Positions 18,483 through 26,477 of a stretch of DNA of 45,404 nt are shown here, in pieces. The DNA lies in contig JAJRUC010000320.1 in assembly GCA_024278015.1 (NCBI GenBank), forward strand, positions 1-45,404, written 5' to 3'. The position numbers and the translations under genes are program-made. Numbering within the stretch: position 1 is the stretch's first letter; each line of letters begins with the position of its first letter. This DNA comes from Chloroflexota bacterium (lineage in GTDB: Bacteria > Chloroflexota > Anaerolineae > 4572-78). The notes under the pieces are model-generated. The model did no database searches. It saw nothing but the letters and a program-made list of their open reading frames with translations, and was not told where the DNA came from.

Positions 18483-19466
18483 ATGCAACCTCTAAAACCA
18501 TTCTCTTTACTGTTGGTTGGCATGGTGCTGATTGTTGTCGGCATGGTGCTGGCTATCCCTCAACCAGCCGAAGCCCAGTGTGGATCTTCGGTTTCGTCTT
18601 GTAAAACGTGTCACGAAACCCGGGGCGAAGACTCTGTCAATACCGAAGGTGCGTGGCACACTGAACACGCTTTTGGTGATTTTTGCGAATTTTGCCACGC
18701 CGGTAACGTGCAGGCCGGCGATAAAGCAGGGGCGCACGAAGGGTTGGCCGAGCCGCTGGGCGACATTGCCGCCAGTTGTCAGGGTTGCCACCCCAATGAC
18801 TTGATGGAGCGCGCCGAAAAATACGCCTCCGTTTTGGGGGTGGAAATCGGTGGTGGCGCCGACAGTGGCAGCAATAGCGACAACAGCAGCAACACCGGTG
18901 GCAGCGGTAACAGCGATTCCGGTAGTGGGGCGACGGCCCCCGTCACGAGTGTTTCCGCGCCGTTGGGCGGAGAGGAAATTGACTACAACCTCCTTTACAT
19001 TGAAACCATCACCCCCGAACCACTCATTAAAAACTGGGGCAACATCATTTTGATTTTGATGAGCGTCGCCGTGGCGGGCGCCTTTTTTGTGACGGCCTGG
19101 AGTTGGGAAGGCTGGGGTAAAGTGGCTGCCGGGTGGATTAACGACAACGTCAATCCCCTTACCGAAGCTGTCTTGGAGGCAAATACCGCCGTCACCGTTG
19201 AAGATGAGCAGGCCGGTTCCATCCCCTCTTCCACCGAACTGGCCGCGCTGTTTGAACGCAAACCGGAACTGAAAACCCTGTGGCCCAAGCTGGCAGAAGG
19301 AAATTCTGTAATGCTTAGAGACCTGAGCCAGATTTTAAGCGACGAAAAACAGGGCGCCCATTTTCTACATACGGTTAGCCGCCTTGACTTCAAATTGGCC
19401 TCGGCCTTGAAGCAGTTGGGCGAAAACGACAGAGAACTTTTATTGGCTCTGGTTAAAGAAATATAA
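18483..19466 (+). CDS. membrane-anchored triheme c-type cytochrome with cytoplasmic C-terminal tail
   Basis: Signal peptide (..PQPAEA/Q) and three CxxCH motifs (CKTCH, CEFCH, CQGCH). A Gly/Ser/Asn linker is followed by one TM (WGNIILILMSVAVAGAFFVTAW) and then an uncharacterised helical tail of about 115 aa. Confidence 0.8.
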   Translation: MQPLKPFSLLLVGMVLIVVGMVLAIPQPAEAQCGSSVSSCKTCHETRGEDSVNTEGAWHTEHAFGDFCEFCHAGNVQAGDKAGAHEGLAEPLGDIAASCQGCHPNDLMERAEKYASVLGVEIGGGADSGSNSDNSSNTGGSGNSDSGSGATAPVTSVSAPLGGEEIDYNLLYIETITPEPLIKNWGNIILILMSVAVAGAFFVTAWSWEGWGKVAAGWINDNVNPLTEAVLEANTAVTVEDEQAGSIPSSTELAALFERKPELKTLWPKLAEGNSVMLRDLSQILSDEKQGAHFLHTVSRLDFKLASALKQLGENDRELLLALVKEI

Positions 19467-19483
19467 ATAAAGGAGACACTTCA

Positions 19484-20017
19484 ATGAGCAAAGTTATGCG
19501 TTGGTTCAAATCGCCCGAATGGTCGCCCTATATTGGGGGGGCCGGGTTAGGGCTGCTGGGCATCCTCGCCCTGCTGTTTACCGACCGCCTGTTTGGAGCC
19601 TCTGGCGCGTTTGAAAATGTGGCTGGCTCTATTATGCACGTTATTTCGCCTGCATTGGCCGAAAATATGTACTGGAAGTTTATTATGCCTGCCGGGTTTG
19701 GTTTTGGGGTAATGATGCTGATTGGCATCTTCCTCGGCTCGATGGCTTCGGCGCTGATTTCCGGTACGTTTAAACTGCGCGCCGTTTCCGATGACCAGTG
19801 GGTGCAGGTGTTCGGCCCCAGCCGCTGGAAGCGATGGGGCATGCTGTTTGGGGGCGCAATTTTGCTTGAGTACGGCGCGGGCATCGCCGGAGGCTGCACC
19901 AGCGGCCTGGCAATTTCCGGCGGTGTGCAACTGGCTCCGGCGGCCTTCCTGTTTATGGCCGGTATGTTCATCTCCGGCATTATTACGGCAATGATACTGT
20001 ACGGAAAGAGGTATTAA
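19484..20017 (+). CDS. YeeE/YedE-family (sulfur/selenium transport, DUF395-type) membrane protein, half-size
   Basis: 177 aa with 4-5 TM segments. The conserved loop GIAGGCTSGLAISG is present. AAAGGAGA RBS. Confidence 0.85.
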   Translation: MSKVMRWFKSPEWSPYIGGAGLGLLGILALLFTDRLFGASGAFENVAGSIMHVISPALAENMYWKFIMPAGFGFGVMMLIGIFLGSMASALISGTFKLRAVSDDQWVQVFGPSRWKRWGMLFGGAILLEYGAGIAGGCTSGLAISGGVQLAPAAFLFMAGMFISGIITAMILYGKRY

Positions 20018-20019
20018 TA

Positions 20020-20571
20020 ATGACAGCTTTACTTCCCGCCTTGATTGTTGGCTTTGCGTTTGGCTGGATTTTGCAAAAATCCCGCTTAACGCAATACGCA
20101 AAAATTGTTAACGTTTTCCGCTTTACCGATACCGCAGTTTTAAAATTTATCCTCACCTCCATTGTGGTTGGCGCGGGCGGCATTTACTTGCTCAAGGATA
20201 TGGGTTTGGTGGCTTTAACCGGAACCACCCCCACCTATATTGTCGGTAATCTGTTGGGTGGCCTGATTTTTGGCGCCGGCATGGCCGGCGCCGGATTTTG
20301 ACCGGGCACTTGCGCCGCCGGTGGCGGCCAAGGCAATGTGGATTATCTGATTCCCGGTGTGTCAGGTTTTTTAGTTGGCGCTATCCTCTTCGGTTTAACA
20401 TACGGTGATGTCTTCCCGGTGATTTCTGCCATCGCCAACCTGGGCAATACTTACATGCCCGAATTGTTCAACGTCAATCATTGGTTACTCATCATCTTTT
20501 TGGCCCTTTTCTCTGTCTATCTGTTTTATATCCTGTCCAAAAAGGGTGAATTCAGAAAAGACAGTCTTTAA
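20020..20571 (+). CDS. second YeeE/YedE-family half-protein interrupted by in-frame TGA at 20299-20301 (candidate selenocysteine codon; alternatively a pseudogene)
   Basis: ORFs 20020..20301 and 20338..20571 share one frame. Read-through gives 183 aa with ..GAGMAGAGF-[TGA]-PGTCAAGG.., so the TGA sits where the family has GFCPG Cys. A SECIS-like hairpin follows. Confidence 0.6.
20309..20332 (+). promoter_or_regulatory. SECIS-like stem-loop downstream of the in-frame UGA
   Basis: CUUG-C-GCCGCC-GGU-GGCGGC-CAAG has a 4+6 bp stem with one bulged C. The G/U-containing apical loop begins 18 nt after the UGA. Confidence 0.5.
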
Positions 20572-20714
20572 ATTTGCGCCGGGTGCGCCCAGAATTTCAG
20601 GAAATCTGGACAAACCAGAGGGAATTCGGGGGGATACCCCCCGCGCCCCCCAGTCTGTCCTAAAACCCTGGACAGACCCATTCGCGCCTTCAGAACAGAA
20701 ATTTGCGTTCGCCA

Positions 20715-20743
20715 TTGATACTGGTGAACACGAACGCTATAAG
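20715..20743 (+). promoter_or_regulatory. candidate internal promoter upstream of the molybdoenzyme genes
   Basis: TTGATA (20715-20720), 17-nt spacer, TATAAG (20738-20743). It lies 29 nt upstream of start codon 20772, with AGGAG RBS at 20761. Confidence 0.35.
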
Positions 20744-20771
20744 CTGGAAGCTATTTTTACAGGAGCATAGC

Positions 20772-23033
20772 ATGACTGATACCAAAAATTTACCCCCTGC
20801 CGAAGACTCCACACTGAATCCATCGCTCTCCCGCCGCCAATTTATGGGCCTGGGCTTGGGCACAGCCGCCGGGGCGGCCTTACTGGGCAAATACACCCTG
20901 CTGCAATCTGCCGACGGCCAAAAGACCGCCGGCAAGCGCGGCCATTATCCCCCCACCAGCTTTGACCGGGAAGTATACACCATGTGTGAAATGTGCGTAT
21001 GGCGATGTGGGGTAAAAGCTAAAGTAAAAGATAACGTTGTTTACAAGCTCGATGGCAACCCCTTCCATCCCCATTCTCGTGGAATGTTGTGTCCGCGCGG
21101 GCAGGCGGGTGTGGCCACCCTGTACGACCCCGACCGCCTGAAATATCCCCTCATTCGCAAGGGCGCTCGTGGCGAAGGGAAGTGGGTGCGGGCCAGTTGG
21201 GAAGAGGCCCTAGATTACGTTGCCAGCCGTATGCTGGAAATTAAAGACACCTACGGCCCCGAAGCAATGGTTTTCAGCACCACCCACAACTTAATCCAAA
21301 CCCAATTTGAAAACCTGCTCAAAGCCTATGGCTCTCCCAATTACGGCACTCAGCGTTCGTTGTGTTTTAATGCCATGATTACCTCGAACCTGCTCACTTA
21401 CGGCATGGAAGAACCGGGCCGTGAGTATTCGCAGGTCAAATACATCATCCTCACCGGCCGTAACTTGCTTGATGCTATCTCTAATTCAGAAACGCAAGAC
21501 CTGGTGGCTGCTTTAAGCCGGGGCGCAAAACTGGTGGTGCTGGACCAGCGTTTTACCAAAACCGCCGCCAAAGCCGATATGTGGCTACCCGTCAAACCGG
21601 GCACAGACCTGGCCTTTTATCTGGCAATGCTCAACGTTATCATCACCGAAGGTCGCTACAATGAGCGCTTTGTTGAAGAAAATACCGTTGGGTTTGAAGA
21701 ACTGAAAGCAACAGTACAGCAATACACCCCCGAATGGGCCGCCAGTAAATGCGAAATCCCGGCAGAAACTATCCGCCAGATTGCTCGTGAATTTGCCGCA
21801 GAAGCGCCTCACGTTTTTGCCCACCCCGGTTGGCGAACCAGCAACTTCACCAACTCGTTCCAAACTTCGCGTGCCGTGGCTATCTTAAACGCCATTGTGG
21901 GCAACTGGGAACAACCCGGCGGCTTTTTTGCGGCAGCAGGCGAAGGAGGCGGCCTGGAACTTGGCTCTGTGCCGCAGCCCCCTTACCCCCGCGTCAGCGC
22001 CTTGCGGCTGGATGGCGTGCCCTGGAAATACCCGCTGGTTCCGCTTAAACTTGGCGTGTTCCAGGAAATCCGCGACAACATCTTGAGCGGAGAACCCTAT
22101 CAGGCGCATGGCTGGTTCATTTACCGCCAAAACCCGGTCAACTCTTTGCCGGAACGCCGTAAAACGATGGAAGCCCTCAGTAAACTCGATTTCATCGTCA
22201 CCACCGATATCAGTATGAACGATACGGCCTGGTTCTCTGACGTGGTGCTGCCAGAGGCCTCTTATCTGGAGCGCTACGACCCCTTGCACGTGATGGGCAA
22301 CACCCTCTTTTTGCGTCAGCCGGTGGTTGAGCCGCTATTTGAAAGTAAACCCGGTCTGTGGATTTTTAAAGAACTGGGTACCCGCCTGGGGCTGGCCGAT
22401 TTCTTCCAGTATGAAGATGAAGAAGACTACATTCGCCAGCAAATTGCGCCGTTGGACATATCGCTGGAAGAGTTGAAGACTCGCGGCTATTACACCGCCC
22501 CCACCGAAGCTGGCAGCGCAGGAGCGGGTGAACAGAAATTTACCTTCAATACCCCCAGCGGCAAAATCGAACTGGCATCTGAAGTGTTGCGCAATAGCGG
22601 CTTTAATGCGGTTCCACAATGGGAAATTCCGACCCTTAATCAGCAGGATGAATTCTATCTGCTTTCCGGGAAAGTGGCGCAGCACACCCAATTTGCCACA
22701 CATAACAATCGACTTTTGCACGAAAGACAACCCGGCAATCCACTGTGGATTAATCCTGAACCCGCCGCCCAACGCAAACTGAAAGATGGCGATATGGCGT
22801 GGGTGGAAAGTGCCGGCGGCAAAGTTAAAACGCCGGTTCACGTCACCGAGCGAATCCGACCCGATAGCGTCTTTATGGTTCCGGGCTTTGGACATACCAG
22901 CAAAGGACTGACCACCGCCTACGGTGCCGGCGTTAGCGATAGCGACTTGCACGTAACCTTCACCGACCCGATTTCCGGCTCTCAAGCGTTGAGCCAGACG
23001 TGTGTAAAAATCTATAAAGCAGACGAATCGTAA
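20772..23033 (+). CDS. Tat-exported molybdopterin (DMSO-reductase family) oxidoreductase catalytic subunit, PsrA/PhsA-like; substrate unknown
   Basis: Twin-arginine leader SRRQFMGLGLGTAAGAA. FS0 cluster motif C-x2-C-x3-C-x27-C (CEMCVWRC...LCPRG). Candidate Mo-ligand Cys in QRSLCFNA. 753 aa. Start set at ATG 20772. Confidence 0.85.
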   Translation: MTDTKNLPPAEDSTLNPSLSRRQFMGLGLGTAAGAALLGKYTLLQSADGQKTAGKRGHYPPTSFDREVYTMCEMCVWRCGVKAKVKDNVVYKLDGNPFHPHSRGMLCPRGQAGVATLYDPDRLKYPLIRKGARGEGKWVRASWEEALDYVASRMLEIKDTYGPEAMVFSTTHNLIQTQFENLLKAYGSPNYGTQRSLCFNAMITSNLLTYGMEEPGREYSQVKYIILTGRNLLDAISNSETQDLVAALSRGAKLVVLDQRFTKTAAKADMWLPVKPGTDLAFYLAMLNVIITEGRYNERFVEENTVGFEELKATVQQYTPEWAASKCEIPAETIRQIAREFAAEAPHVFAHPGWRTSNFTNSFQTSRAVAILNAIVGNWEQPGGFFAAAGEGGGLELGSVPQPPYPRVSALRLDGVPWKYPLVPLKLGVFQEIRDNILSGEPYQAHGWFIYRQNPVNSLPERRKTMEALSKLDFIVTTDISMNDTAWFSDVVLPEASYLERYDPLHVMGNTLFLRQPVVEPLFESKPGLWIFKELGTRLGLADFFQYEDEEDYIRQQIAPLDISLEELKTRGYYTAPTEAGSAGAGEQKFTFNTPSGKIELASEVLRNSGFNAVPQWEIPTLNQQDEFYLLSGKVAQHTQFATHNNRLLHERQPGNPLWINPEPAAQRKLKDGDMAWVESAGGKVKTPVHVTERIRPDSVFMVPGFGHTSKGLTTAYGAGVSDSDLHVTFTDPISGSQALSQTCVKIYKADES

Positions 23034-23074
23034 TCGGCCTTGACCGGATACGAACCCTGATTACGGAGTAAATT

Positions 23075-23656
23075 ATGGCTAATCCCGCAAAAGAATCCAA
23101 TACCCCCCCTAAAAAACGATGGGGTTTTGTGATGGAACCGGAGCGATGTATCGACTGCGAAGCCTGTATGGTGGCCTGCAGTGTTGAAAACCAGGTGCCG
23201 CTGGGCGAACATCGCAACTGGATTTCTCACAAAGAGATGGGCATCTTCCCCGATTTGAACATCACCTTTATGCCCGAAAATTGCCACCATTGCAGCAACC
23301 CCCCGTGCGAGCGCGTATGCCCCACCGGAGCCACCTACCGTCGAGACGATGGTATTGTGCTGGTAGATTACGATAAGTGCATCGGTTGTAAATATTGCAT
23401 GATGGCCTGTCCCTACGATGCCCGCTACGTGAACGAAGAAAAACAGGCCGTTGACAAGTGTACCTTCTGCGTCCATCGGCTGGATGCGGGCTTACCGCCA
23501 GCCTGTGTAGAAACCTGTGTGGGCGGGGCGCGTCACTTTGGCGACCTGAACGACCCGTACAGCGAAGTCTCTAAATTATTGGCCACGCACGATTATTATC
23601 AGCTTTACGAAGAAGCCGGTACTGGCCCAGCCATTTATTACATTAGAGGAAAGTAA
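23075..23656 (+). CDS. 4Fe-4S ferredoxin-type electron-transfer subunit (PsrB/DmsB-like)
   Basis: Four Cys clusters are present: CIDCEACMVAC, CHHCSNPPCERVCP, CIGCKYCMMACP and CTFC...C..C. Confidence 0.9.
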   Translation: MANPAKESNTPPKKRWGFVMEPERCIDCEACMVACSVENQVPLGEHRNWISHKEMGIFPDLNITFMPENCHHCSNPPCERVCPTGATYRRDDGIVLVDYDKCIGCKYCMMACPYDARYVNEEKQAVDKCTFCVHRLDAGLPPACVETCVGGARHFGDLNDPYSEVSKLLATHDYYQLYEEAGTGPAIYYIRGK

Positions 23657-23657
23657 A

Positions 23658-24659
23658 ATGCACGAAGTTGATTTTCACTGGAATATATTAATTGTAATCT
23701 ATCTGTTTACGGCTGGCATTAGCGCCGGAGCATTTGTTATCTCTGGGTTGGCAACGTATTTGGGGGGTGCCAAATACAAACGTATCAGCCGTATTGGCGC
23801 TTTGATTGCTCCCTGGCCGCTCGTATTCGGCCTTTCGATGTTGATGTTCGATCTGACAAAACCGCTGCAATTCTGGTGGCTCTTTTTGACGGTGCAGTGG
23901 ACATCGCCCATGTCAATTGGAAGCTGGCTGTTAACCTTCTTCTCCATCCTCTCCAGCCTCTACTTTTTGCTGTGGATTCCCCGCCCCTGGCGAGACCTGC
24001 TGCGCGTGCCGTATCGTTGGGCAGACGTATTTTCGCCGCGCCGCTGGCAGCCGATGACCCGTGAAGTGGTTGGCATCAGCCGTCGGGTGCTGGCCGCCGT
24101 TGGCTTCCCCATCGGGTTGGGGGTGGGCATGTATACCGGCATATTGCTGGGGGCTATCCCTTCTCGCCCTTTGTGGAACACACCAATGATCGCGCAACTC
24201 TTTCTCTTTTCGGCGATGAGCAGCGGCGTGGCAACCGTACTATTAATTGCCGCCGCCACGCCACCCGCCAAAGAAGGGCATGACCACATGCACCACGAAC
24301 GCCATTTTCTGGTAACGGTTGACGCTGTGTTGATTGTGCTGGAAATTTTTATTGTGATACCCTTCTTCTTGCATCAAGCCTTGAATACATGGAGTTCCGC
24401 CGAATCGGTTAATTTGGTGTTGGGTGGCCCTTTTACGCTGCCCTTCTGGGGAGGCGTTATTTTACTCGGTTTGCTGCTGCCCCTGGCCATCGAAGGATTT
24501 GAGCTGTATCCTGTCGTTTGGAAGGAAGCTGCGGTAAAATATAGTCGTCTGTGGGGCGGCGCAAGTGCCGTTATGGTGCTGGTTGGCGGATTTTTGTTGC
24601 GATACGTCTTTGTTTACGCCGGTCAGGTTTCTCACTTCTTGCCCTTATTAGAAAGGTAG
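23658..24659 (+). CDS. NrfD/PsrC-type integral membrane quinone-interacting subunit
   Basis: 333 aa with about 8 TM segments. It immediately follows the FeS subunit (2-nt gap), the canonical PsrABC order. Confidence 0.85.
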   Translation: MHEVDFHWNILIVIYLFTAGISAGAFVISGLATYLGGAKYKRISRIGALIAPWPLVFGLSMLMFDLTKPLQFWWLFLTVQWTSPMSIGSWLLTFFSILSSLYFLLWIPRPWRDLLRVPYRWADVFSPRRWQPMTREVVGISRRVLAAVGFPIGLGVGMYTGILLGAIPSRPLWNTPMIAQLFLFSAMSSGVATVLLIAAATPPAKEGHDHMHHERHFLVTVDAVLIVLEIFIVIPFFLHQALNTWSSAESVNLVLGGPFTLPFWGGVILLGLLLPLAIEGFELYPVVWKEAAVKYSRLWGGASAVMVLVGGFLLRYVFVYAGQVSHFLPLLER

Positions 24660-24665
24660 GATTTT

Positions 24666-25370
24666 ATGACCATCATAAAGAAGTTGCCCGCTTATTTGGC
24701 CCTGGTTGTGGCTTTGGTTTTGGTTGGATGTAATACCACCGCTGACGAACCCTTAGCCACGGCTCCATCCAAACCCGTAACCGTGGCCGGCAATCTGGAA
24801 GCGAACTATATTCCCAATACAGAAATGGGGCGTCAAGCCTGGCTTGAACAACAATGCGATGATTGCCACGGCCCCATTGGTATGGGCGGCATTGGCCCCA
24901 AACTGGCCGATACCGCCATGAGCTTCGATAGCTTTTTGGTGACGGTGCGCACGGCTATCCTGCCCAAACCCGCTTATCCTGCCGAAGTTTTACCCGGTGA
25001 ACGTGTCTACGATATTTACGCCTGGTTGCGCGCCCAGCAAAATCAACCCGTCGCCCCTGCCCCAACCACTTCTACCACCGAATTGCCCTCTTTTGGAGGA
25101 GAAACGCCTTCCATAGAAGATGCAATGGGTATGACCATTTGGTCTTACGGGGGATGCAGCGTTTGCCACGGTGTGTTTGCCCAGGGCGGCAAAGATGCGC
25201 CCCCACTGGCCGGTATCAACTATCCGGTTGAAGAGGAACTGAGCCGTATGCGCCAAACCGCCTCCGAAATTACGGAACACGCCGCCGATAACATCAGCGA
25301 CGATGTGTTTGCCGAATTGTATCGCTGGTTGCAGGCCGGTTGCACCTACACCGAAGACTGCAATCAGTAA
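24666..25370 (+). CDS. diheme class-I c-type cytochrome lipoprotein
   Basis: Lipobox LVLVGC and two CxxCH motifs (CDDCHGP.., CSVCHGV..), each followed by GG..PPL, which is typical of class-I cytochrome c domains. Confidence 0.85.
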   Translation: MTIIKKLPAYLALVVALVLVGCNTTADEPLATAPSKPVTVAGNLEANYIPNTEMGRQAWLEQQCDDCHGPIGMGGIGPKLADTAMSFDSFLVTVRTAILPKPAYPAEVLPGERVYDIYAWLRAQQNQPVAPAPTTSTTELPSFGGETPSIEDAMGMTIWSYGGCSVCHGVFAQGGKDAPPLAGINYPVEEELSRMRQTASEITEHAADNISDDVFAELYRWLQAGCTYTEDCNQ

Positions 25371-25394
25371 ACCGCGTCTCGTTGTATCAAATAT

Positions 25395-25431
25395 AAAAGC
25401 CGCCTTCGTTGTAGCCTGCGGGGCGGCTTTT
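25395..25431. terminator. bidirectional rho-independent terminator between convergent operons
   Basis: AAAAGCCGCC ... GGCGGCTTTT is a 10-bp stem with A/T tracts on both sides. It lies 25 nt after the cytochrome stop and 30 nt after the TorD-like stop. Confidence 0.65.
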
Positions 25432-25460
25432 ATGTGTGCAATAAAAAACCATGGTTGAAT

Positions 25461-26003
25461 TTATCGGGCCAACTCTGTCGCAAACTCGGCCAACCGTTTG
25501 CCCAACTCCCGATAACAATCCAACTGAGCATGCTTCTCTAAGTCAACGGCAAATTGCGGCAACCAACGCAGCAGGTGGTTGGCTTCAAAGCGGCGGCGGG
25601 CTTGTTCAACCGATTCCGGCGCTTCAGATTGCGCGGCCAAATCCAGCAGATAAGCCGAAAATTGCAGCTCAACCGGCAAAAAATCGGCAGTTTCCTGGGC
25701 TTGCTGTATGTCCCATTCCGCATAAAAATTAGCCACGGCGGCGGTGGTGGCCGTCAATAGTTGCCTGTCCACATACGCCGATTCATACGGTGGGCAGGGC
25801 ACGCCTTCGGCGTTGTTTACAAACAGGCGCGTATGCTCCACCTGCAAATCATCCAGCGACGTTGCGGCAAATTGCGCCGCCAACGCCGTTGCCCACGGCT
25901 GGCCCACGGCCTGGGCCGCCTCTTGCCATTGCAAGTGCAGTTCGGGTTGCGGATAAAGCAAATACAGGCTAAAAAACTGGTACAGCGCGGCAGATACTGG
26001 CAT
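25461..26003 (-). CDS. TorD/DmsD/NarJ-family molybdoenzyme maturation chaperone
   Basis: 180 aa. The pattern LYQFFSLYLLYP..., HTRLFVNN, PCPPYESAY, ADFLPVELQFSAYL matches the TorD family. Confidence 0.8.
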   Translation of the reverse strand: MPVSAALYQFFSLYLLYPQPELHLQWQEAAQAVGQPWATALAAQFAATSLDDLQVEHTRLFVNNAEGVPCPPYESAYVDRQLLTATTAAVANFYAEWDIQQAQETADFLPVELQFSAYLLDLAAQSEAPESVEQARRRFEANHLLRWLPQFAVDLEKHAQLDCYRELGKRLAEFATELAR

Positions 26004-26005
26004 AA

Positions 26006-26458
26006 TTATACCCCCACTCGCGTTTCCGGCGATACGCTTTGGCCGGGATGAATGAAAATTTGTTCCCCATCAAGATTTATTTCCAGGTACGTCATGGGCG
26101 ATGTGGCCGGCCCGTTCAGCACAGCGCCGTGAGCATTAAACCGGCTGCCGTGACACGGACACTGGAAAGTATTATCGGCCACTTGCCCCACCGTGCAACC
26201 CAGGTGCGGGCAAATGGCGCTGATGGCATACAAGCCGGCCTCATCGCGCCCCAACCAGGCTTTGGCTGCCGGCACAAACGTGAGGCTGTTGGCGGCAAAA
26301 TCGCCCATCAACCCGGCTTCTACCGGCCCCGGCAATGGTTGGGTAATTGGCGGCGCAAGAAATTTAAGGCCGCCCTTCACCATCGCCCAGGCGACGGTCA
26401 GCAAGCCGATGTTGCCCAGCCAAATTAAAAACCGGCGGCGGGATGTTTCTTCTGACAT
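26006..26458 (-). CDS. Rieske [2Fe-2S] protein with Tat signal
   Basis: SRRRFLIWLG leader, plus CPHLGC and CPCHGS Rieske boxes. Start set at ATG 26458 with an AGGAG RBS. Confidence 0.9.
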   Translation of the reverse strand: MSEETSRRRFLIWLGNIGLLTVAWAMVKGGLKFLAPPITQPLPGPVEAGLMGDFAANSLTFVPAAKAWLGRDEAGLYAISAICPHLGCTVGQVADNTFQCPCHGSRFNAHGAVLNGPATSPMTYLEINLDGEQIFIHPGQSVSPETRVGV

Positions 26459-26477
26459 AGATTGCTCCTGCAAAAAA

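Noticed and set aside
20338-20571. Treating 20338-20571 as an independent 77-aa gene with a GTG start
   Set aside because: It is in frame with 20020-20301 and lacks an RBS. Splitting would cut a YeeE/YedE domain exactly at its conserved Cys loop. It is better explained as one gene with UGA recoding, or as a pseudogene.
20546-20770. 74-aa ORF in the yeeE-psrA spacer, and a possible Moco riboswitch there
   Set aside because: The ORF has no RBS and overlaps hairpin/repeat DNA. I could not recognise the Moco RNA motif from memory, so no riboswitch is claimed.
20703-20771. Longer N-terminus (MRSPLILVNTNAISW...) for the molybdoenzyme
   Set aside because: ATG 20772 has an AGGAG RBS at ideal spacing and places the twin-arginine motif at a normal distance from the N-terminus. 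The extension would bury the Tat signal.
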